A stretch of DNA of 64,000 nucleotides from an uncultured Candidatus Saccharibacteria bacterium (lineage in GTDB: Bacteria; Patescibacteriota; Minisyncoccia; Phycocordibacterales; UBA918), in assembly GCA_964350985.1 (NCBI GenBank), contig CAYGLK010000001.1:292528-356527 (forward strand). The letters are read 5' to 3'. The notes beneath the pieces were generated by a model. It ran no database searches and was not told the origin of the DNA. It worked only from the letters and a program-made list of their open reading frames with translations. The translations under genes were made by a program, and so were the position numbers. This document shows, in pieces, positions 30,820 through 39,631 of this stretch (its first letter is position 1; each line of letters opens with the position of its first letter).

Positions 30820-30868
30820 TTTCAAAGAACTGGTTTTTAATTATGTAAAATTAATTAGTATTTGTCAA
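30820..30868 (-). promoter_or_regulatory. Near-consensus sigma-70 promoter with boxA-like element
   Basis: Minus strand TTGACA (30868-30863), 17 nt, CATAAT (30845-30840), then GTTCTTTGAAA (30830-30820). Confidence 0.65.
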
Positions 30869-30984
30869 TCTTAAAAAATCTACTCATGGCCTACAGTATA
30901 AAATTTCTTTAGTAGTAACTCTACATGGAGAGATGATTTTTTACTGACTGGTATATGTATTATTGTTGCGTTCTTAGCTTAATT

Positions 30985-32187
30985 CTAAGAAAGTAACTTT
31001 TCACGCAGTTTCTTGGTGAAGTTTACAATAAAGTAGAGATTGTGTAGCGACGCCAAGTGTGGGCCAAGCATTTCGTGCGAGCGGAATAAGTGAGCTAGAT
31101 AAGCTTTAGTATAATTTTGGCAGACATAACAATCACAAGTTTCGTCTGGTTTGGAGAAGTCTCTAATATATTTTTGGTTTAAAAGATTTATTCGCTTCAT
31201 TCCTTCATTTGTTCTTTCATAAATAGTTCCAGTTCTAGCAATTCTAGTAGGTGCCACACAGTCAAAAGTATCACATCCAAGACGAACGCCCTCAACAATA
31301 TCTTCTGGTTCACCGATACCAAGTAAGTGTCGCGGCTTATCCTCAGGTAAAACTGTATTTACTACTCTGAGAGCTTCACCAAGATCAGCTTTACTAAAAC
31401 TGCCACCAATACCAAAACCGGCAAAATCCATCGCCGCCAACGTCTCAGCGCTTTCTTTTCTTAGATCTAGATGTCTACCTCCTTGAACTACACCAAAAAG
31501 ACCTTGTTTCTTCACCGCTTGGTAATTCTGCTTATGAGCCATGACGCTCCGTTTAGCCCAGCGGTGGGTTCGGTCCATTGCTGCTTTCTGGTATTTATAG
31601 TCTGCAGTTGGACTAGTACACTCGTCAAAGGCAATGATGATATCTGCCCCGATATCATGCTGAATTTCAATAGAACGCTCAGCAGTAAAACGATGCATAC
31701 TACCATCAATGTGTGAGGTGAAAGTTACTCCTTCTTCATCGATGATACACAAGCGACCATGCCCTGAAGCGAAGTCTTTAGAGTAGACATTTACTCCATG
31801 AGGGTTGATCTCAGTTTTTTCTTCTACTTCACCCTTGGAAAATTTAGTCACTCCTTTTCCAAAAGCAGCACCGAGCGAAAAAACTTGAAAACCACCTGAA
31901 TCAGTAATAGTTGGGAGCTTCCAGTTGGAGAACTTGTGGATCCCCCCAGCTTCTTTTACTACATCAGAACCGGGCTGGAGAAATAAGTGGTAAGTATTTG
32001 CTAAAGCTACCTGATTACCAACATAATCACGCATATCTTCTGGCTTAACACTTTTTACTGTTCCTTTAGTACCCACCACAACAAAAGCCGGAGTTTCAAT
32101 ATCTCCGTTTGGAGTATGAATGATTCCGGCTCGTGCTAAAGTATTTTTTTCTTTTTTTAAGATTTCAAACTTTATTGGGTCTGACAT
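30985..32187 (-). CDS. tgt: tRNA-guanine transglycosylase
   Basis: ANTYHL, TDSGGFQVFSL, FDECT, GVVQGG, KPRHLLGIG, DTFDCV.PTR, zinc site CDCYVC..H. Confidence 0.95.
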   Translation of the reverse strand: MSDPIKFEILKKEKNTLARAGIIHTPNGDIETPAFVVVGTKGTVKSVKPEDMRDYVGNQVALANTYHLFLQPGSDVVKEAGGIHKFSNWKLPTITDSGGFQVFSLGAAFGKGVTKFSKGEVEEKTEINPHGVNVYSKDFASGHGRLCIIDEEGVTFTSHIDGSMHRFTAERSIEIQHDIGADIIIAFDECTSPTADYKYQKAAMDRTHRWAKRSVMAHKQNYQAVKKQGLFGVVQGGRHLDLRKESAETLAAMDFAGFGIGGSFSKADLGEALRVVNTVLPEDKPRHLLGIGEPEDIVEGVRLGCDTFDCVAPTRIARTGTIYERTNEGMKRINLLNQKYIRDFSKPDETCDCYVCQNYTKAYLAHLFRSHEMLGPHLASLHNLYFIVNFTKKLREKLLS

Positions 32188-32214
32188 AGAATGGATTATA
32201 ACCCGACTCCTTCT

Positions 32215-32754
32215 TTATTTTACTTCAAGTAGTTCAATTGAGAATATCAGAGTTGAGTTTGCTGGAATTGGGCCATATCCATTTTCACCATAGGCTTTAT
32301 CTGGTGGAATAACTAAGATTCGTTCTCCGCCAACTTTCATTCCTAAAAGTCCCTCTTCCCAGCCTTTAATCACCTTTCCTTCACCGACTGTAAAGCTAAA
32401 TGGTTCACCTCGTTTGTGTGAGTTATCAAACTCAGTACCGCTTTGTAACTTACCAATATAGTGTACTGAGACAGTGTCTCCAGCCACTACTTCCTTACCT
32501 TCTCCAATCTTAATATCATCAATCACAAGTTTTTTTATGTTACCACGTGAGTCTGCTGCTTCAATTAAAGCTGACGCTCGTGAGCTATTATTACTTTCTC
32601 CAACCACAACAACCCCGGTGTTTTGAGCTCCAGCGAGCTGTGTAGAGCTATTTTCAAGCCCAATTACCGTTGATTCAAGCCTTATTAGGTAAAGAGCCGC
32701 CGCCATAAACAAGACACTTAGCCCAATACCGATAAATTCAAATTTACTTAACAT
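32215..32754 (-). CDS. FKBP-type peptidyl-prolyl isomerase, membrane anchored
   Basis: VSVHYIGKL..GTEFDNS..RGEPF.F..G...VIKGWEEG...MKVGG.R.LVIPP..AYG. Confidence 0.93.
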   Translation of the reverse strand: MLSKFEFIGIGLSVLFMAAALYLIRLESTVIGLENSSTQLAGAQNTGVVVVGESNNSSRASALIEAADSRGNIKKLVIDDIKIGEGKEVVAGDTVSVHYIGKLQSGTEFDNSHKRGEPFSFTVGEGKVIKGWEEGLLGMKVGGERILVIPPDKAYGENGYGPIPANSTLIFSIELLEVK

Positions 32755-32763
32755 ATTATTTAA

Positions 32764-33855
32764 TTATGGTGTCATAATAACGACTTCTGAGGAAGTTGCA
32801 AGGTTTTTAAGATAGTTGATTTCAGCGGAGATAATTTCATTATAAAGTCCTTCTTGGCTTAGATCAGCCAATTCTCGAAGAAAAACTTTTTGGTTTTCTT
32901 CGTTCATATACTTTGGTTGTACTCGTGAATCGATACTTGTCACCGGTATCAGTTTAATTTTTATATTTTCTTTGAAAGAAAGATCTAACATTAAACCTTC
33001 TTGTACCTGTCTTGAAAAATATTGATCAAAAATAAAATTACCTAAAGAATAAAATACCAAAGTGTTATCCAGCCATTCTATTCCTTGTACTACATGAGGA
33101 TGATGGCCAATAACCAATTCAGCACCAAGATCAGAAAATACTTTGGCTTGATTTCTTTGTGACGCAGATTGTGTTTGATTGTATTCACTCCCCCAGTGAA
33201 CAAAAACAATTTGAATATCGCTATTTTGTGAAGCCTTGGTAAAAACTTCTTTTAAGTCATTCTTAGAAAGAAATTCATCTATTGTCATTAATGCTATTAT
33301 GGCTACTCTATTTTTTTCTAGTTCTAAATAAGTTATTGAGGACGTAGAAATAACAGTAGGGTTTCCAAAAGCAGTAACATTGTTCTTTTCAAGTTGAATT
33401 AAAGTATTTTCGTAACCTAGTTTACCAAAATCAAAAGCGTGATTATTTGCTAAAGAGACATGTGTTATTCCTACTGCCTTAAGATCAAGTAAAGATGCCT
33501 CTGAAACGGAAAATTGAAAGTTAAAATCTGGAGTTGGTTGATGAACAACCGGGACTGCCGCCTCAAAGTTTGCAACCACGTAAGTATTTTGTTCTAGAAA
33601 ATTAAAATTTTTAAAGGCTGATGCTACGCCATTTTTTTGTAGACGTCTTTCAACGTTTCTACCAAGCATTAAATCCCCTAAGAAATAGATGTTAGTTTTT
33701 GGCTTATCTATAATATGATCTGTCCCTTGAGTAAAAGTGCCGTAATTAAAATTTGGTGTGCTGCTTGGCTTATTATTAATAAAAAAATTCCATAAATAAA
33801 TACTGGAAATTATAAGTAGTATGAATAGAAAAAAACTTCTCCTAGATTGATCCAT
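32764..33855 (-). CDS. CapA/PGA_cap family metallophosphoesterase
   Basis: GDLMLGR, ANFE, SLANNHAFDFG, HWG.EY, IGHHPHV, YSLGNFIFDQ. Start set at MDQSRR. Confidence 0.88.
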   Translation of the reverse strand: MDQSRRSFFLFILLIISSIYLWNFFINNKPSSTPNFNYGTFTQGTDHIIDKPKTNIYFLGDLMLGRNVERRLQKNGVASAFKNFNFLEQNTYVVANFEAAVPVVHQPTPDFNFQFSVSEASLLDLKAVGITHVSLANNHAFDFGKLGYENTLIQLEKNNVTAFGNPTVISTSSITYLELEKNRVAIIALMTIDEFLSKNDLKEVFTKASQNSDIQIVFVHWGSEYNQTQSASQRNQAKVFSDLGAELVIGHHPHVVQGIEWLDNTLVFYSLGNFIFDQYFSRQVQEGLMLDLSFKENIKIKLIPVTSIDSRVQPKYMNEENQKVFLRELADLSQEGLYNEIISAEINYLKNLATSSEVVIMTP

Positions 33856-34282
33856 AGGTTTTACTGGCACCAAAGGCAGAGGCTGTTGGATGGAAAAAAC
33901 CAACCTCGTATATATACATAGCGATACCAACACCCAATATAGCGATAATAATTGCTAAAGCAGTAACGATAGCTGTCTGATAGCCAGTTAACTCTCTACT
34001 TCTTGATTGGGTCACTTGAACGTTACCAATCTGAACTTCAATCCCAAGCAAGGCTGAGATTTCAGCCGGTTTGAGTGCGTCAGTAGTAAGAAAGACTTTT
34101 TGTAAATCCGTGAACTTAAGCGGATTTCCACTTGAGTTTTCTTTTAAGAGCATTATGGCAGATTCTATTTCTTCATTATTATAAGAAGCCCTGAGTAAAA
34201 TCTCACGTATTTCATCAGGAGAAGCATTTATGCTTACGCCATTTATTTTAAGAATAGTTTCTAGTTGATTTCTTTGAAACAT
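33842..34282 (-). CDS. Hypothetical protein with C-terminal TM
   Basis: 146-aa ORF within the operon. Confidence 0.6.
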   Translation of the reverse strand: MFQRNQLETILKINGVSINASPDEIREILLRASYNNEEIESAIMLLKENSSGNPLKFTDLQKVFLTTDALKPAEISALLGIEVQIGNVQVTQSRSRELTGYQTAIVTALAIIIAILGVGIAMYIYEVGFFHPTASAFGASKTYGSI

Positions 34283-34285
34283 GAT

Positions 34286-35320
34286 TTACTTTTTTATGCC
34301 GACTTGGATGTATTGATTGTAAACCTCTAGCAAGACAATGAAAAGCGTAACTATCACCGGTCCGATAATAAATCCAATCGGACCAAAAGTTGTGATTCCT
34401 CCTAAAACTGAAGTAAGCATGATAAAAGGATGCAAATTATTACCTCGACTCATCAAGTAAGGCGCCAGCATATTGTCTATCACAACGATAGTAACTAGAG
34501 ACCAGACAATCAAACCAACCGCCGCACCAGTTGAACCGGTTAGGAACAAAAAGATAATACCAGGGATCATAATCGCTGTTGTACCGATTCCTGGGATGAC
34601 AGAAAGAATTGCTCCCACCGCTCCCCAAAGTACCGCTTTTTCAATACCAAAAATAGTGAAACCAAGAGCTGCTAAAACTCCTTGAATAATGGACACCAAT
34701 AGCACTCCTGTTGCCACTGAGCGAACAGCTAAGCTTAATCGAGAAATAATGATTTCATCGTCCCTGTCTGGTAAGGGGCTGATTTTAATAGCCAACTTGA
34801 TAAATTCCTGTCCATCCCTAAAGAAATAAAACGAACCGATAAGAGAGATCAGTACCACAAATATGGTAGAAACCGTACTGGCAAAGATGGCTCCAATATT
34901 ACCTACTAACCATTCAGCTCCTTGGCGTAACTCACCGGTTATATCAAGCTTAAAGTCTGGTAGATATACCTGTACTACTGACTCAAAATTAGCTATATAG
35001 ACTTCAATTGTCATCTCCTGGCCAGCTCCAAGGGCATTATAAAAACTAGCTAATTCTCTAACAAATATTGTAGAGATGAAGATTAAAGGCAGGATAATAA
35101 GCACTACTACGATCAATGTTGTCAAAGCAGCTGCTAAACTTTTGTGTTGTTTATAGACTCGCTTTTTTACTTGCTCATACATTGGGTAGCAGATAGTAAC
35201 GATCACAATCGCTAGAGCCAGAGCAGTAACAAAAGGTGACATCACCTGCCAGACCAAATACCCTGAACCAGCTAGTACAAGGAAAAAGAAAACATACTCA
35301 ACAACACGATTGATTGACAT
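34286..35320 (-). CDS. AI-2E family (UPF0118) transporter
   Basis: Multi-TM, FYFFRDG, IQG, IP.IG, DN.L.P, HP......LGG...FG..G...GP. Start set at MSINR. Confidence 0.88.
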   Translation of the reverse strand: MSINRVVEYVFFFLVLAGSGYLVWQVMSPFVTALALAIVIVTICYPMYEQVKKRVYKQHKSLAAALTTLIVVVLIILPLIFISTIFVRELASFYNALGAGQEMTIEVYIANFESVVQVYLPDFKLDITGELRQGAEWLVGNIGAIFASTVSTIFVVLISLIGSFYFFRDGQEFIKLAIKISPLPDRDDEIIISRLSLAVRSVATGVLLVSIIQGVLAALGFTIFGIEKAVLWGAVGAILSVIPGIGTTAIMIPGIIFLFLTGSTGAAVGLIVWSLVTIVVIDNMLAPYLMSRGNNLHPFIMLTSVLGGITTFGPIGFIIGPVIVTLFIVLLEVYNQYIQVGIKK

Positions 35321-35350
35321 AATTGTTATAACTATAGCAGGCACACGAAT

Positions 35351-35379
35351 AAAGGGCCAGGTGTAAACACTGGCCCTTT
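35351..35379 (-). terminator. Intrinsic terminator
   Basis: AAAGGGCCAG-GTGTAAACA-CTGGCCCTTT directly after the small ORF. Confidence 0.65.
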
Positions 35380-35381
35380 CT

Positions 35382-35534
35382 TCATTGTTTGATCAAGCGT
35401 TCTTCGGCGACAACAGCTGCAGTTTGCAAAGTTTGGAAACCTTGCGAAGCGGCGTCATCAAGCGCGGTGAATGCTTGGTCAAAGAAATGGGATAAAGCTG
35501 TAAGAACGATCAGAAAACCAATTGCTTTTCTCAT
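35382..35534 (-). CDS. Small hydrophobic-N-terminus protein (50 aa), below the ORF-track cutoff
   Basis: MRKAIGFLIVLTALSHFFDQAFTALDDAASQGFQTLQTAAVVAEERLIKQ*, followed immediately by a terminator. Alternative in-frame ATG at 35543. Confidence 0.55.
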   Translation of the reverse strand: MRKAIGFLIVLTALSHFFDQAFTALDDAASQGFQTLQTAAVVAEERLIKQ

Positions 35535-35665
35535 AAATTTCATGAAAATTAAGCGACCCGGAAACTCATTTATTAGATGAGTTCAAATAAAAATTTTGGG
35601 ACGCTAGCAATTGAGTCAATGAACTGACCCGCTTATACTATGTCACATTATTCAACTCTCTGCAA

Positions 35666-36928
35666 TTATTTATCAAAACCACCCCGGAGCGAAATAGCTT
35701 TGGCCATTCTTTCAATTCCTAGTAAATAAGCCGCTTCACGGTAGGTTGTGGTTTCGGTTTTCTTATCACTGACTTCGTGGAAAGCTTTTACTATCTTTTC
35801 ATGTAAGCGTTCACAAACAGTTTCAGCAGTCCAATACCAGTGTTGTCTATTTTGAACCCATTCAAAATACGAAACCATTACTCCACCAGCGTTGACTAAT
35901 ACATCTGGTAGTATATCAACCGATTTTTTTGACAAAAATTCTTCTGCTTCTGGAGTTACAGGATTATTGGCTAGCTCCAAGATAACTTTTGTTTTTACTT
36001 TTTCAACATTGGACTTTGTGATGACGTTATCTAGTGCAGCTGGTACCAGTAAATCACAGTCAACAAAAAGTACTTCTTCAGACTCAGATATTGTTAGTTC
36101 AGTTTCGCATTTAAAATCAATTACTGAACTCTTTGGGTTTTCATTTTTAAATTTTTCTAAGGCTACTGGATCAATACCTGAAGTTGAAGATATTGTCCCT
36201 CGACTATCTGAGATAGAGACAATCAAGCTTCCTTTTGCGTGTAGAAGTTTTGCAATTGTCGCACCAGCGTTCCCAAAGCCCTGAATCGCGACTCTAAGTT
36301 TATCGAGTTTTAAATCATACTTTTCAGCATAAGCTATAAATACATAGACTGCTCCTTGAGCAGTAGCTGTATCACGACCCAAACTTCCACCGAGTGGTAC
36401 AGGTTTACCTGTAATAAAAGCTGGATTACTTCTACCAGTAGTTTGTTCTGCTTCATCAAGCATCCAAGCCATTATTTGTGGAGTTGTATAAACATCAGGA
36501 GCGGGAATATCAACGTCAGATCCTAAATATGGTAAGAAAGCTTGTACATAAGCTCGTGCTACTACCTCTAAATCGCTCTGGGTGTATTTTTTAGGGTCAC
36601 ATACCACTCCTCCTTTAGCTCCACCAAATGGCACGTCGACAACAGCACACTTAACAGCCATAGCTGCAGCTAGTGCAGACACTTCAGACTCGTCTGCTAG
36701 TGGATGAAAACGAATACCGCCTTTGTATGGTCCACGGGAATTATTGTACTGAACTCTGTACGCTTCAAGACTTTCATTTCCTTGAGATGTTTTTACTTTA
36801 AGGGTGTCGTTACGAATAAATTGAGGCTTCAACATTTTTTCAAGAACAGCTGACTCTACCTTGAGTGTTGCTGCCGCTTTCTTAATATGTGAGCTGATTT
36901 GTTGGAAAGGGTCGTTTTTGTTGCTCAT
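35666..36928 (-). CDS. gdhA: Glu/Leu/Phe/Val dehydrogenase (glutamate dehydrogenase-like)
   Basis: RGPYKGGIRFHP, PFGGAKGG, DIPAPDV, ITGKP..LGGS.GR..ATA.G, QGFGNAG, NAGGV.VSYFEWVQN. Confidence 0.9.
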   Translation of the reverse strand: MSNKNDPFQQISSHIKKAAATLKVESAVLEKMLKPQFIRNDTLKVKTSQGNESLEAYRVQYNNSRGPYKGGIRFHPLADESEVSALAAAMAVKCAVVDVPFGGAKGGVVCDPKKYTQSDLEVVARAYVQAFLPYLGSDVDIPAPDVYTTPQIMAWMLDEAEQTTGRSNPAFITGKPVPLGGSLGRDTATAQGAVYVFIAYAEKYDLKLDKLRVAIQGFGNAGATIAKLLHAKGSLIVSISDSRGTISSTSGIDPVALEKFKNENPKSSVIDFKCETELTISESEEVLFVDCDLLVPAALDNVITKSNVEKVKTKVILELANNPVTPEAEEFLSKKSVDILPDVLVNAGGVMVSYFEWVQNRQHWYWTAETVCERLHEKIVKAFHEVSDKKTETTTYREAAYLLGIERMAKAISLRGGFDK

Positions 36929-36941
36929 AAAAGTTTATATA

Positions 36942-37487
36942 TTACTCAGCTGTTAATAAAGAAATGGCTTCTTTTAGTTCTTCTTTTTCTACCACACCTC
37001 TATAGTGATTTATAACTTCAGCATTTTGGTTGTAGATAACAACTTCAGGCATTGCATAGCCTCCTACAGCTTTATAGAAATTATCTCTTGGATCAAGAAC
37101 AAAAACTAATTTATTTAAGTCTGGTAATGTTGCCATAAAACGAGCCGCTTGCTCCTTTGTTTCCTTACGATTGATTGCCAAAAAAACAATTTCATCGCTG
37201 GAATAGTCTTGAGCTATCTCGTTTAGATTTTGTAAATCAGAAGTTGAGAACGGTGACCAGCTTGCCCAAGAAGTTACAACAAGATACTTTCCTAAATAAG
37301 CATCAAGACTAACTGGGTTACCATTTAAATCTGTGTAGGGATCTTCACCTTCTTGATTAGAAAAGGTGTTTATCGCCTCCTCAGAAATTTGGTTTGACGT
37401 CTTTGTGGAAATCAGAAAAGTAACCACAATTCCAATTATGAGTATGGCTATAAGAACTCCAATAATAATTTTATGTTCGCGTTGCAT
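36942..37487 (-). CDS. TlpA/ResA-like thioredoxin-fold protein lacking both active-site cysteines
   Basis: TM anchor, DLNG..VSL..Y.GK.LVV..WASWSPFS (WASWCxxC position), cis-Pro loop AMPE. Confidence 0.8.
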   Translation of the reverse strand: MQREHKIIIGVLIAILIIGIVVTFLISTKTSNQISEEAINTFSNQEGEDPYTDLNGNPVSLDAYLGKYLVVTSWASWSPFSTSDLQNLNEIAQDYSSDEIVFLAINRKETKEQAARFMATLPDLNKLVFVLDPRDNFYKAVGGYAMPEVVIYNQNAEVINHYRGVVEKEELKEAISLLTAE

Positions 37488-37492
37488 GCAAT

Positions 37493-37969
37493 CTAACCTT
37501 TAATGAATAATTCAAATTCTTCTGGCAACTCACCTTCTGCTGCTGGGATTAAGTTTAGTTCTACCGGACGTCCCATAAACAACGCCTCAACACTAGCCTC
37601 ACTAGAAGCTACTGCACTAACACTAAACCTCTGAACAGTTTCAATTTTCGGACAGTCGCTTGAATTATTGATGACAGTGAAGTCTAGTTGTATTTTTTCT
37701 GGAAGTGATTTCATAACTGAGCTTTTAGTATCTAGGAGATCACAAGGAGTTGGAAGAATAATCTCACCCACAAATGTATGTTCACCATCTATGTAATATT
37801 GCTTTGCGTCAATTCTGGTAACGTCTGGATACAAGACTTCTTCAGGTTCCTGATCTACAGGTTGAGTTTCGGTTTCGATCTCTGTTTTTTTTAAATAAGC
37901 ATAACCAAACATACCTGCTACTAAAAGTGTAAAAATTGTAACCACTAATATTATTGTTTTTTTGTCCAT
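37493..37969 (-). CDS. Hypothetical membrane-anchored protein
   Basis: N-terminal TM and a Cys pair (LPTPC...SDC). Confidence 0.6.
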   Translation of the reverse strand: MDKKTIILVVTIFTLLVAGMFGYAYLKKTEIETETQPVDQEPEEVLYPDVTRIDAKQYYIDGEHTFVGEIILPTPCDLLDTKSSVMKSLPEKIQLDFTVINNSSDCPKIETVQRFSVSAVASSEASVEALFMGRPVELNLIPAAEGELPEEFELFIKG

Positions 37970-37990
37970 ATATTTTAATTAAGTAATTTA

Positions 37991-39631
37991 TTATTCTGGT
38001 TCAAGGTCGTCGCCGACAAAGATAGTCATAAAGTTCTCTTGATCACTCTCCTGGTAGACTGATATAGGAGCATTATTGAGTCTCGAGCTAAGTTTTAATG
38101 CTTGTTTTTCTGTACCAGACTGGTAAACGATAACTGATCTCTTTTGTGAAGAAGTGAAATCAGCTGAAAGTGAAATTACTTCGTAACCAATAGATTCTAG
38201 TCTAAGTCTGATTTCAGCTCCCATTCCGGGTATTCCACTTCTGTTTACAATAGCGAGTTTTGGCAGACTTTGATTGACCTCAATCTCTTTTACTGGACGT
38301 TCTTTTTTAAGCTGATTAAATATTATTTCTTCTGAGGTTAAGGTAACATTTGCATCTGAATTTACGTAAACTACCTCAAAACCTCTATGTGAAGTGTTGG
38401 CACTTCCGATATACCAAACTATTATAACAAATGATACTAAAACAAAAATTAACGCAGCTAAAATTAACTTGTATTTAATTAGCGAATTATATAAAACTTT
38501 AATTTTTTCAGTCTTTGTATAGCTTAGTCTAAGTTGATTTTGAATATCTGCTAGAGCTGATTTTATTGAAGCAATAAATATAGTCTTGTGTTTGATTTCC
38601 TTTTTCCTAAGATTTAGTTGCTCAATATTTCTTTGTTGATCGAATTTGTTTACATCAATACCAGCTAGTCTAAGAGTGTATCTGACGTAAATTCTCACTA
38701 GCCAAATAAGGACGGAAATAAATATTGCTACAAATAATAATACTGAGAATAATAGCTTAAATGGTATCACCCAAAAATTAGTCTCTGCGGTTGTAAACTG
38801 TCTGGCCTCAGTGCCGTAAGCGAGACTTGCAACTGCTGTGTATCTTCCAATATCTGCGATAGACCACTCCCCTTTCCAAGAGAAGGTAAAGTTTCTAATA
38901 CTTTCTGGTAGCACATTTCCAAACTGTGAAGCTTGGTTAATTGGAATAACACCCCTCTCTTGACCCCAGAGATTGTAGATTTTAATGTCTCCTTGAGGCT
39001 GTAAGTGTACATTTCCTTTGTTTTCAAAGCGTAAGTCAAGCGTAACTTCGGGTCTCTCTAGATAATAATCTCTAGCGACAAATTCTCGTATTGATCCATT
39101 CTCTATAATATCACCGGAGACTCTTGCGAAAAAAAGCGAGGTAACAACTTGAGCTGTTTGGACTTTAGCTTGTCCTGCTTCAGGATCTGGTGGTCTAGTA
39201 CCAACCAGTATTGCAGCGAAGTGACCTCCCGGACTTGCGTCTTCAGGAACAAAAACAGAGAACGGTACTTCGACTGATTGTTCTCGTGGTATGACAACGG
39301 CTTCTTTGGTAATTTTAAACCACTCAGCTAGGGTTGAACCGGCTCCATCTTCAGAAATAGGGACAAAACGTCCATCACCACTTTCTCCTTGAGGCAAAAA
39401 ATTTACCACATCAATATATACAGTCAGATCGTAATCATTAACGTTTATTACTCTCAAAGTACTGCGCCATTCCTGACTAGGATTGACAGACATGTCAAAA
39501 AGAGAAGGAGAGATACTAAGGGTTAAAGATTCTTGAGCTACTACACTAGTGAAAAAACCAAAAAAAAGTATTAGGCAGAGTAAAAAAGTATTTTTAAGAG
39601 TCTTTCTTTTTGAGATCAATGTCATGTTCAT
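37991..39631 (-). CDS. DUF916/DUF3324-like surface protein with C-terminal LytR_C-like domain
   Basis: Signal peptide, LSISPS...VPEDASPGGHFAAI, FENKGNVHLQP.G.I.I, two TMs, then IVNRSGIPGMGA.....L...GY...IFVGDD. Start uncertain (39631 or 39625). Confidence 0.65.
   Translation of the reverse strand: MNMTLISKRKTLKNTFLLCLILFFGFFTSVVAQESLTLSISPSLFDMSVNPSQEWRSTLRVINVNDYDLTVYIDVVNFLPQGESGDGRFVPISEDGAGSTLAEWFKITKEAVVIPREQSVEVPFSVFVPEDASPGGHFAAILVGTRPPDPEAGQAKVQTAQVVTSLFFARVSGDIIENGSIREFVARDYYLERPEVTLDLRFENKGNVHLQPQGDIKIYNLWGQERGVIPINQASQFGNVLPESIRNFTFSWKGEWSIADIGRYTAVASLAYGTEARQFTTAETNFWVIPFKLLFSVLLFVAIFISVLIWLVRIYVRYTLRLAGIDVNKFDQQRNIEQLNLRKKEIKHKTIFIASIKSALADIQNQLRLSYTKTEKIKVLYNSLIKYKLILAALIFVLVSFVIIVWYIGSANTSHRGFEVVYVNSDANVTLTSEEIIFNQLKKERPVKEIEVNQSLPKLAIVNRSGIPGMGAEIRLRLESIGYEVISLSADFTSSQKRSVIVYQSGTEKQALKLSSRLNNAPISVYQESDQENFMTIFVGDDLEPE

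Noticed and set aside
37245-37268. Selenocysteine or recoding at the thioredoxin active site
   Set aside because: The codons are TCA on the coding strand, not TGA.
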